Assembly (NCBI GenBank): GCA_002189035.1
Contig: NEEC01000004.1
Coordinates: 4,960,001-5,024,000, forward strand
Origin: Utricularia gibba
Taxonomy: Eukaryota > Plantae > Magnoliophyta
DNA length: 64,000 nucleotides
Direction of reading: 5' to 3'
The notes under the pieces: generated by a model
Database searches by the model: none
The model's input: only the letters and a program-made list of their open reading frames with translations
Told to the model about the DNA's origin: nothing
Position numbers and translations under genes: made by a program
Shown here: piece after piece, positions 26,015 through 37,879 of the stretch
Layout of the letters: the number at the start of each line of letters is the position of its first letter
Position numbering within the stretch: position 1 is the stretch's first letter

Positions 26015-27001
26015 CTAGAGCTTCACAGCCTCTGGAATGGAGACCTTCCAGGGACCGTCCACCGGAGTTTTGATCGCGCGGTTGCATTTCCAGATCGCAC
26101 TACTGCACTTAAACCCCCTTCCAAACGCGATTTGCAAAATCTTGTTGCCCTTCTTCATCCTCCCTTTAGCTTCTATGTAAGCGAGCTCGTACCAAATGGA
26201 AGACGAGGACGTGTTCCCGAACCGGTAGAGCGACATACGCGAAGCTTCAACGTGCTCTGGGGAGAGATCGAGGCTTTTCTGGAGCTCATCGATGACCGCC
26301 CGGCCGCCGGCGTGGATGCAGAAGTGATCGAAAGCTTGTTTGAAGTCAGGGGCGTAGATCTTCCAGTTAGGGTTGATGATCTTTCTTCCTATAAGGGATA
26401 GTGCGAATAAGACCTTCTCCGACGGCGGAAGTGCTATAGGTCCAAGGGTAGTTATGTTCGACTTCAACGCTCTTCCGGCGGTGGCCATCAAGTCCTTTGA
26501 CAAGTGCACGCCTACTTTGCCTTCGGAGTCTTCTTGCTGGAACACACATCTGTAGGAGCTGTCATCGGCACCCTTATGGGTTCGGACGACGTGGAGGAGT
26601 TTGTACTTGGCACGGCGGCGATCGCGGGCCTTGTTGGAGAGGAGCACTGCAGCGGCGCCCATGCGAAAGATGCAGTTGGGTAAGAGCATGGCTCTCTCCG
26701 AACCTTCGTAGTTATTAAGAGCAATGATTTCCGCACTCACAACAAGTGCATAGGAACTGGGATGCGCCTGAAGCAGATCCTTAGCTAAATCAATCGATAT
26801 CACACCAGCGCTGCACCCCATTCCCGAAAGATTGATGCTCTTGATGTTACTCCTGAGCTTGTACTTATTCACGATCATCGCTGATAACGACGGCGTCGGC
26901 GAGAACACGCTGCAGTCGACGACCAAAATATCAATGCCCCTTGGTTTCAGCCCTGTTTTCCTAATCAAATTATCGATCGCAGAGAACACGAGCAATTCAG
27001 C
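26015..27001 (-). pseudogene. KCS6: KCS copy 5, 5'-truncated pseudogene
   Basis: KCS homology ends at ~27001 (AELLVFSA), so the first ~180 codons and the proximal promoter are missing. A 21-nt deletion removes DCIDKYP near the C-terminus, and GSGFKCNS has become GRGFKCSS. Confidence 0.9.
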
Positions 27002-28541
27002 ATGCTATTTAAAGAAAACATTAGTTCATCTATCTTATCTCTCTCATTTTCTCTTGTTAAATGAAATCGAACCTTGCTTTTAATAACATCAACCATTCAG
27101 ACATTAAAAGTTACTTTATGTTAAATAACATTTGTTAATCACATGTATCGTAAGTGTTCATATCTTTTGAAGTATATATCTTCAATAACAATTTTCTTAA
27201 GTAATCTAAAAGACGGTTTATCCGAGGAGAGTAACTTTTTTGTTATGATATATGTTCTAATTTATAGAATATATTTTATTATATTTCTACTTAAGAAAAA
27301 TAATATGAAAAAAATGGTGACGAGTATTAAGTTCGCATAATTGTGCCAAGAATTGACGACTCTCCACTCCAAATGCGATTAACCATCCAAAACAATTATT
27401 CTTGAGGCATCAACAAGATATCCGACATTTGGATTAATGACCAACAGCTGGTTCGATATGTAGATCTCAACTATGTGATCGGGTTTTATGTGTAATTTAT
27501 GAACGATCAATAATTATTTATGTAAGAAAATAATATTTTTATTAATTTAAATGAATATTATTGGATAATATTTTCATTCAATATTATGAAAAAATTATAT
27601 AAAATATATGATATTTTATGATAAAAAGTAAGCAAAAACATTTGATGATAAAAAAAGAAAAGAAGAGTGGAGACATCCACTGTTCAAGACTGTCAGTCTA
27701 ATCTTCTCGTTAATAATTGCATAATAATATCGAAAAAGACATTTATTGCATGATTAGGTTTGCATCCCCATTACTTATTTTGTCCTGATTATAATTATTA
27801 TAATCGTATTTATATTTAAGGGGTGATTAAATTTTAACATTTTAAGCGGTTTAATTTATTATCTAAATCTTGGTTAATCTCAAGGGACGCATAGTATTTT
27901 CTAAATCTAGGTCATGTCATGCTCGTACCCAATGGCTATAGACATTAGAAAACTAGGGTTGGATGATAACACACATTTTAATCATATTTTTATAATATCA
28001 AATCATCATATTTTATTATAACTTAGATTTTATGTATGTAGTTTCTAATTTAAGTGATGTTTTTAGGTTATTTTCAATTGTATGTGTAAAAGTACATTCA
28101 TTCAATCCGACTTGTGTTATTGAGCCTAACATCAATATTAGCAATAAATCGAACTGAAATTATGTAGATCAAGTTGAAATTGAAGTTGGGCTTCGAGGGC
28201 GAAGAGGTTTGGGCGATAATGCAACGATTATTACCATTAACTATTCCATAAGGGTGATCAAAGTGAAGAAACCAAATTGCAGCTGTTCATTTAGAACACG
28301 AAAGAATTAGGGGATATCTTCTACCATATCAAGCCAAAGATTCGTTATAATCAAATCAAGGAATGTAATCTATGTTGTACGAACGTATTATATTAATAAG
28401 AAGACAATACATTGAAAGCATCTTTAAACAGATATAAACTAGTCAATATAATGTCTCAAGCTCACTCCATGACGTGATACTTGGGAAGGGCACCGCCCCC
28501 CAACAAACCAAGCAACCGTGCGCGAATAAGAGCTGCAAGAA

Positions 28542-29401
28542 CTACAGCTTCACAACTTCTGGAATGGAGACCGGATATTTATGAATGCAATCATTCCAGG
28601 GACCGTCGACCGGAGTTTTGATCGTGCGGTTGCATTTCCAGACCGCACTGTTGCATTTAAACCCACTTCCAAACCCGATTTGCCAAACCCTGTTACCCTT
28701 CTTCATCCTCCCTTTAGCCTCAATGTATGCGAGCTCATACCAAATGGAAGACGACGTATTCCCAAATCGGTGGAGCGCCATACGGGATGGCTCCACGTCC
28801 TCCGGCGAGAGCTGGAGGCTTTTCTGCACCTCATCGATCACCGCCCGGCCGCCGGAGTGGAAGCAGAAGTGATCAAAAGCTTGTTTGAAGTCAGGGATGT
28901 AGGGCTTCCATTTAGGGTTGATCATCTTTCTTCCTAATAGGGATAGCGCGAATAAGAGCTGCTCCGACACCGGAAGTGCAAGAGGTCCAAGAGTGGCTAT
29001 GTTCGACTTCAATGCTCTTCCGGCGGTGACCCTCAAGTCCTTTGACAATTGTAACCCTACTATGCCTTCGGAGTCTTCTTGCTGGAAGACGCATCTGTAG
29101 GAGCTGTCATCGGCACCCATATGGATTCGGACGACATGGAGGAGTTTATACTTCGCACGACGGCGATCGCCGGCCTTATTGGATAGGAGCACGGCAGCGG
29201 CGCCCATGCGAAAGATGCAGTTGGGTAAAAGCATGGCTCTCACCGAGCCTTGGTAGTGATTGGGAGTGATGATTTCCGTAGTCACAACAAGCGCACACGA
29301 ATTGCGATGCACCTGAAGTAGATTCTTAGCTAAATCAACCGATATCACACCAGCGCGCACCCCATTCCCCCAAGATTGAAGCTCTTGATGTTACTCCTGA
29401 G
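28542..29401 (-). pseudogene. KCS6: KCS copy 6, 3' half ([14 protein letters not shown]...PEVVKL)
   Basis: Continues the 5' half across the 29402-31253 insertion. There is a 1-nt deletion immediately after the catalytic Cys codon (TGC GC GCT), and GNTSSS lacks one Ser. Confidence 0.9.
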
Positions 29402-30378
29402 TGTTGAAATTCAAGATTCGATGAATTGGGCAAGCATCCACGTGAACCTTAAGTACACAAGAAACGTGGATTACAATAGAAAAGATTAGGTCCAACCTAG
29501 TATTAGTGATCTGTAGTTTATTATATACTAGATTATTTCACTGTCATTTTCCGATGTGGGATTATGTATTGTAACACCCGCCCTCAAGTCGAACTAGTCT
29601 GTGATCCGGTGATGACTTGCTTCTTTTTTTTTTATGATTGTAGGTAGTGCTCAGGTCATAGGTCGATCCAATTTTGTCACCTAAGCCCAATGCATCTCCT
29701 TTTTTTTTTTAACCGGACCTCAGACCAATACGAAATCCATCTTGGCCACCCAAGCCGTGCCGCAAGGCAAGCGCCATTTTCATTCTTTGATGTGGGATTG
29801 TGTATTAACACACCCGCCCTCAAGTCGAACTGGTCTGTGATCTGGTGATGACTTGCTCTTTTTTTTTTTTGTGATTGTAGATAGTGTTCGGATCATAGGT
29901 CGATCTAATTTTTTGTCACCTAAGTCCAATGCATCTCCTTGTTTTTTCCTTTTTTTTTTAACCGGAGAGGCAAACGCTCTGATACCATGTTGAAATTCAG
30001 GATCCGATGGGTCGGGCGAGCACACATGTGAAGCCCAAATACACAAGAAACGTTGATCATAATAGAAAAAATTAAGCCTAACCTATTATTAGTGATCTGT
30101 AGTTTCTTATATACTAGATTATTTCACTGTCATTTTTCAAACTGGTCTTTGATCCAGTTAAGACTTGTTTTTTTTTTTTTTTGTGTGATTTGTAGGTAGT
30201 GCTCGGATTATAGATCAATCTAATTTTTTGTTGCCTAAGCCCAATGCATCTCCTTGATTTTTTTTTTTTTAACTGGAACTCTCACCAGAACTAAACCCAT
30301 CTTGGTCACCCAAGCCATGCCGTGAGGCAAACGCTCTGTTGAAATTTAAGATCGGATGGGTCGTGCGAGCGTGCACGT
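29402..30378 (-). mobile_element. Tandem array of TRIM-like miniature LTR elements (175-bp LTR, ~200-bp noncoding internal region)
   Basis: Complete LTR at 29402-29576 (TG...CA). PPT-like CCCGCCCTCAAG at 29577 and ~29813. PBS GCTCTGATACCA at 29976-29987. Further LTR copies or fragments at ~29775-29810, 29988-30150 and 30337-30378. Three similar internal segments. Confidence 0.85.
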
Positions 30379-30379
30379 C

Positions 30380-31205
30380 CTTGTCGAGATTGAGTGTGAG
30401 GTTGTTGATGAGTCATTGGAAGAGGTTGCTGTTGTTGTTGTTGAGGGAATTGGCTGCGTTGTGCTTGAAACCCACGACCGTCAGAGGTAAAGCGAGCTGT
30501 TGACGGTGCACTCTTGTATTGGGTTTGATATGCCATAGGGGAAGAGAGTGAGTTGTACTGCCGTTCAATGTCTTCATTGATTTGTTTTCGCATCTCAAAA
30601 CTTTGCAGTTGTGAGATTAGATCCCTATACGAGGGACGTGGATATTTGAGCATGGAAGTGGTGAACGCCTCGTAGCCAGATCCAACACTTGTGAGAAGGA
30701 AGTAAACCTTCTCATCTTCAGCGACTGGGTCTTCAATAGCAGCTAATTGGTCACAGATGGACTTAAATTTACGGAGATATTCATCCAGGTTTTGATCTGC
30801 GCGTTTTCAGTTCTGAGTGAATTGATACCTCAAGGTATAACGACGCTCCTCAGATTTTTGGGCATATGCATCTCGAAGAGCAGACCAAAGATTGGCGGCT
30901 GTTTCACAACCGATAACCAGTGGCCATGATTCTTCAGAAATTGTACCTAAGAGCCAGCTACGCAAGAGACGGTCTGATTGTTTCCACTTTATGAATTCTG
31001 TAGATGGGTTTGCTGGTGTAGATGAATCCTGCACTCCTGGTTGGAGATCAAATTCTGGTGGTGGTGTTGTCTCACCGGTTAGATGGCCGGAGAGACCTTG
31101 GCTATCTGCAAGCCCAATAGCCATTTCTTTCCAGAGCGGGTAATTGCTGCTGGTTAGTTTGACGGTGATGAAGTTTGACACATTAATAGCATTTCCGGTT
31201 GCCAT
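30380..31205 (-). pseudogene. Second copia gag remnant, fused to the TRIM-like array
   Basis: MATGNAINVSNFITVKLTSSNYPLWKEMAIGLADSQG... is clearly homologous to the gag at 13436-14290. One in-frame TGA at 30807-30809; the same frame continues KRADQNLDEYLRKFKSICDQL...MLKYPRPSYRDLISQLQSFEMRKQ. Confidence 0.9.
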
Positions 31206-31253
31206 GGTGGAGGGAAGGAAGGATGTGCGGAAGCGTGAATGTGAGAGGAAGGA

Positions 31254-31923
31254 TGAGCTTGTACTTATTCACGATCATCGCTGATAACGACGGCGTCGGC
31301 GAGAACAGGCTGCAGTTGACGACCAAAATATCAATGTCCCTTGGCTTGAGCCTAGTTTTCCTTATCAAATTATCGATTGCAGAGAACATGACGAGCTCCG
31401 CTTCCTCACGAGCTCTCTCCATTGTTGGTTCGGACGGGATGTAGAGAACTGAGTCTGGAAATGATGTTTCTTCTCCAAGTCCCGATCTTTCCAGAATCTT
31501 CTTCATGAAATCCACCCTTTCAGGGTGATTTCTATGAAGATGGTGGACATGTTCGACGAACCTGTCAGAAGGAATTCTGAGGGTAAAGGATGGCTTGTAA
31601 CAAGCGAAGTCCACCAGATAAATCGGTCGTGGCTTCGAAAGTCGATAAAGGGTTGCTGCCACGATCATGGAGAAAACAGCGCATAGAATATAAATGGGAT
31701 CCATGTTTTGAGATTTCCAGACCCCGATCATCCCCTCCACCCCGAGACGGCTAAGCTTCACGGCCACGACCGCCGCCAGAGGAATCAACAAGAGGGTGAG
31801 GAAGTTATTGACGACATGCTGATAACACAGTTTGAGGCACTTGTGCTTCGTCGATGCAGTGGCGGGAGCAGCCATTCTGGTGGTTTCTGCTAGGTCTTCC
31901 CTATCGGCAGCAAACGGGATCAT
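31254..31923 (-). pseudogene. KCS6: KCS copy 6, 5' half (MIPFAADRED...[10 protein letters not shown])
   Basis: ORF 31183-31956 is KCS up to NKYKL and then reads into the retroelement leader. The ATG at 31923 is homologous to the starts of the other copies. Confidence 0.9.
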
Positions 31924-34084
31924 TATACTACTGAAACCAAAATCAGGGCTTCCCATTGCATTAAATGATGGGTTGGGAGTTGACTGTTGCTACGACTATT
32001 ATAAATGGGGAACAAACCCTGATGTTCGGATTGAATCCATTTTTTTTCTATAAAAAATAAAATATTTCAATAATAAAAATATATTAAATAATAATTCAAT
32101 TATAATTGAATGATTTTTAAAGCCCGATTAAATTTAATTTAATTATTATATTAAATGATTCATTGTTAAAATTATTTGAACTGCAGTTTTTGGAACACTG
32201 ATGGCTAATTTCATTTATTTTCTCTATTTTTTGAATGCAAAGACTTGTTATATATCATAAATTTTTATAGATTATTAGGGTTTGTTTTAGACAGTGTGCT
32301 CCTTTAAAATAGTTTTATTTTAAAGTAAAATAAATTTTAAGAAAATGCTTTACTCAAATGATTTTTATAAAGATATTTTACTGTATACGAATTGCTTCTC
32401 TAAAACAAAAGTAATACCAACTATGTGATAAGAGTGATTTTTCTAAAAGTCATAAAACTAAAACTTATGTATTAAATAAAATTTAAAAATCCAAATCATT
32501 CAAATTACTAACAGTAACCTAGCAGGCTAGCAATGAAACAGGAAATCACATAAAACAATTCAATAAACTCCAAACGATGAACTTACCAAACTGAAATCTC
32601 GATATCACAAGAATTCTAGAAACATGTTAGGTTAACTTGTGGTCATCAATCTTGAAATACGAGATTACACCCTTCATTCTAGCCCATGTTTGAAAAATAA
32701 TCATTATGACATTCTATGTTACACATTACAACAAATTTTTTACATATAGAATATGGTTATTTCGCACAAATACTTAAAGTAGAATGATTAATTTTCAAAT
32801 TCATTCCTTTCATTCGAAATATCTTTTCCCCAGCACATCAGAAGATCCTTCACAAGAACTTCAAATCTAAACGTGTTTGACCTGAAGAAATGTGAGGATG
32901 GATAACCCTTTGGAAAGCCAGATCAAATGTGGAGAAAACATAAAAACATGATAATTATATGTTCGAAACAAACATTATCATGTAATAATGAGCCTAGAGA
33001 TTGAATGTAGGTGGAATGCGACTATTATTCAGTTGGCATAGTTGTGCCTGGAATTGACACCCATCCACCCTGAACGCGACTAACCAGCCAAATCAATTAT
33101 TCTTTGGACATCAACAAGATATCCGAATTGGGATAGATGACCAACTGATTTGTATAACTATAATATGTGACCGGGTTGATGTGTAATGTATGAACCATCA
33201 ATAATTATATCTGCAAGAAAATAATATTTTTATTAATTTAATGAATACTATTGTATAATGTTTTCATTCAATATTATGAAACAGCTATACAAAATAGATC
33301 ATATTTAAATTTTATACTCAAAATTCAATATTTTAATTACTTTTATCGTAAAAAATAAGCGAAAACATTTGATGATAAAAAAAAACGTGGAGATATACAT
33401 TGTTCCAAGACTTTCAGTCTCTCCATCTCATTTATAGTTGCTTAATAATATCGAAAAAGCTATTTTTTGCATGATTAGTTTTCCATCCCCATTATTTAGG
33501 GCATGTGGGGCCAGCTTTATCCCTATAATCTATCTTATACAGTAAATTAAAATTTTTATAATATGATGTATGAGTATCCAATTTTCTCACATAATCAAGA
33601 AGAAATGATCATATTTTTAATAGATCCCCGATAATGCAATGACTATTGTGCCATTAACTACTCTATGAAGGTGATCAAAGTGAAGAAACCAAATTGCACT
33701 TGTTCATTTAGAACACTAAAGAATTTGGGGATACCATATCTAGCCAAAGATTCATTATAATCAAATTATGAGATGTAATCTATGGTTTTTAATAACAAGA
33801 TAATCACATTGAAAGCATCTTTAATACATGTATGAACTATTCAATAAAATAAGTCTCAACCTCACACCATGAGGTGATTTTTAAGTATGGTTGTAGAAAA
33901 TTTTTAGAGTTTATTTCTATTTTTTTCAAAATTACTTTAGAAAAAAATAATAAATAAAAAATATAATTAAATTATAATTATTATAAAAAAAACTGTTTTT
34001 ATTTATTGAAGAGTAAAAATAACCTCCAAAAAAAAATTTTAAAGGGACACTGCCCCCTACAAAACAAAGCAACCGTACGCCTGT

Positions 34085-34980
34085 GTTAGCCCATCTGATC
34101 CCTTATTGGCTTCGCCCAGCTGCACGGCCCTGATCAGCCCATCGTGCTGCCTGGGGCTGCCGGGTCCTGAGACTCGTCTCCGAGTCCCCAATTAGCTGAC
34201 TCTGAAGTGCAAATAATTGATACGAAACGCACAAACAAAAAAGGTCAGAACAAAGTGACAGGTTCCTCCCAGAATCGGATTTAACAACATAGAGAGAAAG
34301 TGGGCAACCATATAAATAAAGTTGCAGTATATCTACAGAGTTTGATGGGTTGACGACACGTGGAGGATGGTGTAGTGATGATATATGGACATGGTACGGC
34401 CTCCAAAAGCAAAGCAACCACATCGGATATGAGGCTACGCCACTCGCTTCCCCCGTCTTTCCTTCGAGTAGTGGGATCCCCAAACCATCTAATGACAAAC
34501 TCCAAATCTAAAGTGTCTGGAGATATCCGATTCAAATAAGGAACAATAGCATGTGCAAGTGATGGAGTCCTGTTTAAAGGTTGAATCACCAGAGAATGTA
34601 GTGGTGTATCAGGGAAGTGGAGTATACTGATATGCTTTTAAGATATGGAACTTTCATTTTGTGAATCAGTTCGGCTGCGCTCATCCCACCTAAGTCACAA
34701 CAAAGGGGAAAGAGATGATGAAAGTAGGAATTGGAAGCGAGTGACTGACAGGTTCTATCAGTCTCATGGAGTTGGGTGATGGAGGTAAATTCAGTCCTTG
34801 CCATCTCTATAAAAGAAAGCTTTGGTTCATCCCGACGAAGAAACTCCGACTTGTCCTGTCTTCTGATAAGCTCCAGCATGCGCTCCCATTCCGACGAAGA
34901 ATCCCCGATGATTCCCTCCAACAAGTGCGCTGCTGGAACTGACTCTTTTTGGAGTGAACACCGTACCAACTCACTGTTCC
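34085..34980 (-). other. Unidentified, intronless, degenerate coding-like relic (copy A)
   Basis: Protein-like minus-strand ORFs 34586-34969 and 34281-34589 are conserved in the paralog at 42060-43600. Short remnants occur at 20910-21010 and 28490-28523. No family recognised. Confidence 0.4.
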
Positions 34981-35126
34981 ATTAAGCACCTTTTTTTTTT
35001 CCTTTCAAGAAACAAACACCACTCTTAGCATACGAACGTGCAGTACATGTCACTAGACAAAGCATTTCTCCTTTTATCTTTCTATTTTTGCTGTAATAAA
35101 GTTTTTTATTTTCGAAAAAGCTGCAG

Positions 35127-35694
35127 CAAGCGGAAAGAGGCGTCGGAGAGCCACCGGAGCGAGGCTGACCGAGGATCAGGCCAACATGCTTGAGCGCGAC
35201 GTCTTCGAGGACGCATCACTGGAGACACACAGAAAGGAGATGGTGGCACAGGAATTAGGGTTGCACCACCGCCAGGTTGCGGATTGGTTCCAGAACAGGA
35301 GGGTGCGCCACCGCACCAAAAAGCTCGAGGAGGAGGAGTTCTTCAGGCCCCACTCCCTACGTGAAACCACCGTCGTCGAGAAATGCCACCTCGAAATGGA
35401 GGTTCGTCTTTGCCATCTCACTGCACCATTCACTCACACTGATATCAGTATTCATTGGTTACTTAAACTCCCATCATCAATATAATGACACTACCGTCGC
35501 CCTAGTTCCAGATTCCGCGGCTGAGGGAAAAACTGCGTGAAGCGGAAAATGAAATCCAAAAGTTTTCAGTAGGCGTTCCATCTTTTCCAACGGAAGAAGC
35601 ATCTCTGCACGCGGGATTTGAGTTTGATGACATCTTTGCCCCTGGGCTCTTCAGTGTATTGCCGCATGTAGCAAATAGCCATTACCAGGTGTAA
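35127..35694 (+). pseudogene. HD-Zip class I (ATHB21/40/53-like) gene, copy A; first exon not identified, degenerate
   Basis: RLTEDQANMLERDVFEDASLETHRKEMVAQELGLHHRQVADWFQNRR...HETTVVEKCHLE-like sequence. Intron 35402-35511, then IPRLREKLREAENEIQK. V>D in helix 3, a Leu>Pro change in the zipper and a frameshifting deletion near the C-terminus relative to copy B. Confidence 0.75.
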
Positions 35695-36310
35695 ATTAGT
35701 CTTTTCAGATCTGATGATTAGGAAATGTGATTAGGATATTATCAAGTGATTAGGTACTCATAATTTCATAATTAGTAAACATGAAATTGGAATGTTTGGA
35801 ATTCTGCAATTAGAAAAAATATAATGGATTATTGGATGATGAAATTCAATCATGCATTACATAATAAAATTTTATTTCATTATTATTATTAGTAGTATTA
35901 GATATATAGATATATAATTGCGAAATTCTTAATTAATGAATATTATTTAATATAAAATTAATTTTGCATGTCACACTTACGTGACATTTTTCAAACTTTT
36001 GCGATTTATGTCATCTATAATACACTATTTCGAACATCTTTTCAAGCAGATCGCGTTCGTTTATGAACGAAGGTCTGATCATCGGAAAATTTTCTGGAGC
36101 TGCAAAAGTGGTCGGGTAATAATTGGCCGGTGGAGGAAAGATAACCTGAAGATTGCAAATCAACTGTGTTGCGTCACTGCGGAGTAGAGACGAGATTTGG
36201 TGGAAAACCAAACAAGGTAAAAACGTAAAAGCACACATCTTTATTTATTTTCCAGCAAAGAAAGTATTCTAGAATTCGACGGAGTATCGGGCTTCACGGG
36301 CCTGCACGAG

Positions 36311-37840
36311 CTAGTGCTTCCCAGCTTCTGGAATGGAGACCGGATATTTATGAATGCAATCCTTCCAGGGACCGTCGACCGGAGTTTTGATCGTGCGGAT
36401 GCATTTCCAGACCGCACTATTGCATTTAAACCCACTTCCCAACCCGATTTGCCAAACCTTGTTACCCTTCTTCATCCTCCCTTTAGCCTCTATGTAAGCG
36501 AGCTCGTACCAAATGGAAGACGAGGAGGTATTCCCGAACCGGTGGAGAGCCATACGGGATGGTTCGACGTCCTCCGGCGAGAGCTGGAGGCTTTTCTGCA
36601 CCTCATCGATCACCGCCCGGCCGCCGGAGTGGATGCAGAAGTGATCGAAAGCTTGTTTGAAATCAGGGATGTAGGGCTTCCATTTAGGGTTGATGATATT
36701 TCTTCCAATTAGGGATAGCGCGAATAAGAGCTGCTCCGACGCCGGAAGTGCTAGAGGTGCAATAGTACTTATGTTTAACTTCAGCGCTCTTCCGGCGGTG
36801 GCATTTAAATCCTTTGACAATTTTAACCCCGATATGCCTTCGGAGTCTTCTTGCTGGAATACGCATCTGTAGGCGCTGTCATCGGCACCCGTATGGGTTC
36901 GGACGAGGTGGAGGAGTTCGTACTTCGCACGGCGGCGATCGCGGGCCTTGTTGGAAAGGAGAACTGCAGCGGCGCCCATGCGAAAGATGCAGTTGGGCAA
37001 GAGCATGGCTCTCACCGAGCCTTGGTAGTGATTGGGAGTGATGATTTCCGTAGTCACGACAAGTGCATAGGAATTGGGATGCGCCCGCAGCAGATCCTTA
37101 GCTAAATCAACCGAAATCAGACCGGCGCTGCACCCCATTCCCGCAAGATTGAAGCTCTGGATGTTACTCCTGAGCTTGTACTTATTAACGATCATCGCTG
37201 ATAACGACGGCGTCGGCGAGAACATGCTGCAGTTGACGACCAAAATATCAATATCGGTTGGCCTCAGCCCTGTTTTCCTTATCAAATTATCGATTGCAGA
37301 AAACATGACCAGCTCAGCTTCCTCACGAGCACTCTCCATCGTTGGTTTGGGCGGGATGTAGAGAAGTGAGTCTGGAAAAGATGTTTCTTCTCCAAGTCCC
37401 GATCGTCCCAGAATCTTCTTCATGAAATCCACCCTTTCAGGGTGATTTTTATGAAGAAGGTGGACATGTTCGACGAACCTGTCAGCAGGAACTCTGAGGG
37501 TAAAGGGTGCCTTGAAACAATCGAAGTCCACCAGATAAATAGCTCGTGGCTTCGAACGTCGATAAAGGGTTGCTGCCAGTATCATGGAGAAAACAGCGCA
37601 TAGAATATAAATGGGATCCAAGTTTAGAGATTTCCCGGCCCCGATCATCCCCTCCACCCCGACACGGCCGACCTTGGCGGCCACGGCTCCGGCCAGCGCA
37701 ACCAACAAGAGGGTGAAGAAATTATTGACAACATGCTTGAAACACACATTGAGGTACTTCTGCTTCCTCGATGCAGAGGCGGTCACAGCCATTCCGGTGG
37801 TTTCTGTTTGATCTGCCCTATCGGCGGCAAACGGGAGCAT
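36311..37840 (-). CDS. KCS6: 3-ketoacyl-CoA synthase copy 7, intact (509 aa)
   Basis: Motifs AGMGCSAG, FCIHSGG and [11 protein letters not shown]; C-terminus ...YPVSIPEAGKH. Closest to copy 6. Confidence 0.95.
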   Translation of the reverse strand: MLPFAADRADQTETTGMAVTASASRKQKYLNVCFKHVVNNFFTLLLVALAGAVAAKVGRVGVEGMIGAGKSLNLDPIYILCAVFSMILAATLYRRSKPRAIYLVDFDCFKAPFTLRVPADRFVEHVHLLHKNHPERVDFMKKILGRSGLGEETSFPDSLLYIPPKPTMESAREEAELVMFSAIDNLIRKTGLRPTDIDILVVNCSMFSPTPSLSAMIVNKYKLRSNIQSFNLAGMGCSAGLISVDLAKDLLRAHPNSYALVVTTEIITPNHYQGSVRAMLLPNCIFRMGAAAVLLSNKARDRRRAKYELLHLVRTHTGADDSAYRCVFQQEDSEGISGLKLSKDLNATAGRALKLNISTIAPLALPASEQLLFALSLIGRNIINPKWKPYIPDFKQAFDHFCIHSGGRAVIDEVQKSLQLSPEDVEPSRMALHRFGNTSSSSIWYELAYIEAKGRMKKGNKVWQIGLGSGFKCNSAVWKCIRTIKTPVDGPWKDCIHKYPVSIPEAGKH

Positions 37841-37879
37841 GGTATTTATAGACTCAAATCAAAACCAGGGCTTCCCATT

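Noticed and set aside
24971-30378. Repeat-spacer-like periodicity as a CRISPR array
   Set aside because: This is eukaryotic DNA. The units are 85-bp tandem repeats or LTR/internal modules with non-unique spacers, and there are no cas genes.
33871-34026. Possible 12-bp TIR pair (GAGGTGATTTTT / AAAAATAACCTC) around an AT-rich insertion
   Set aside because: The left arm overlaps sequence also present in the empty paralog (~28471), there is no clear TSD, and complexity is low.
4603-37361. Recurrent 60-176-aa ORFs overlapping each KCS gene on either strand
   Set aside because: These are shadow frames of GC-rich KCS coding sequence; they recur because the genes are paralogs.
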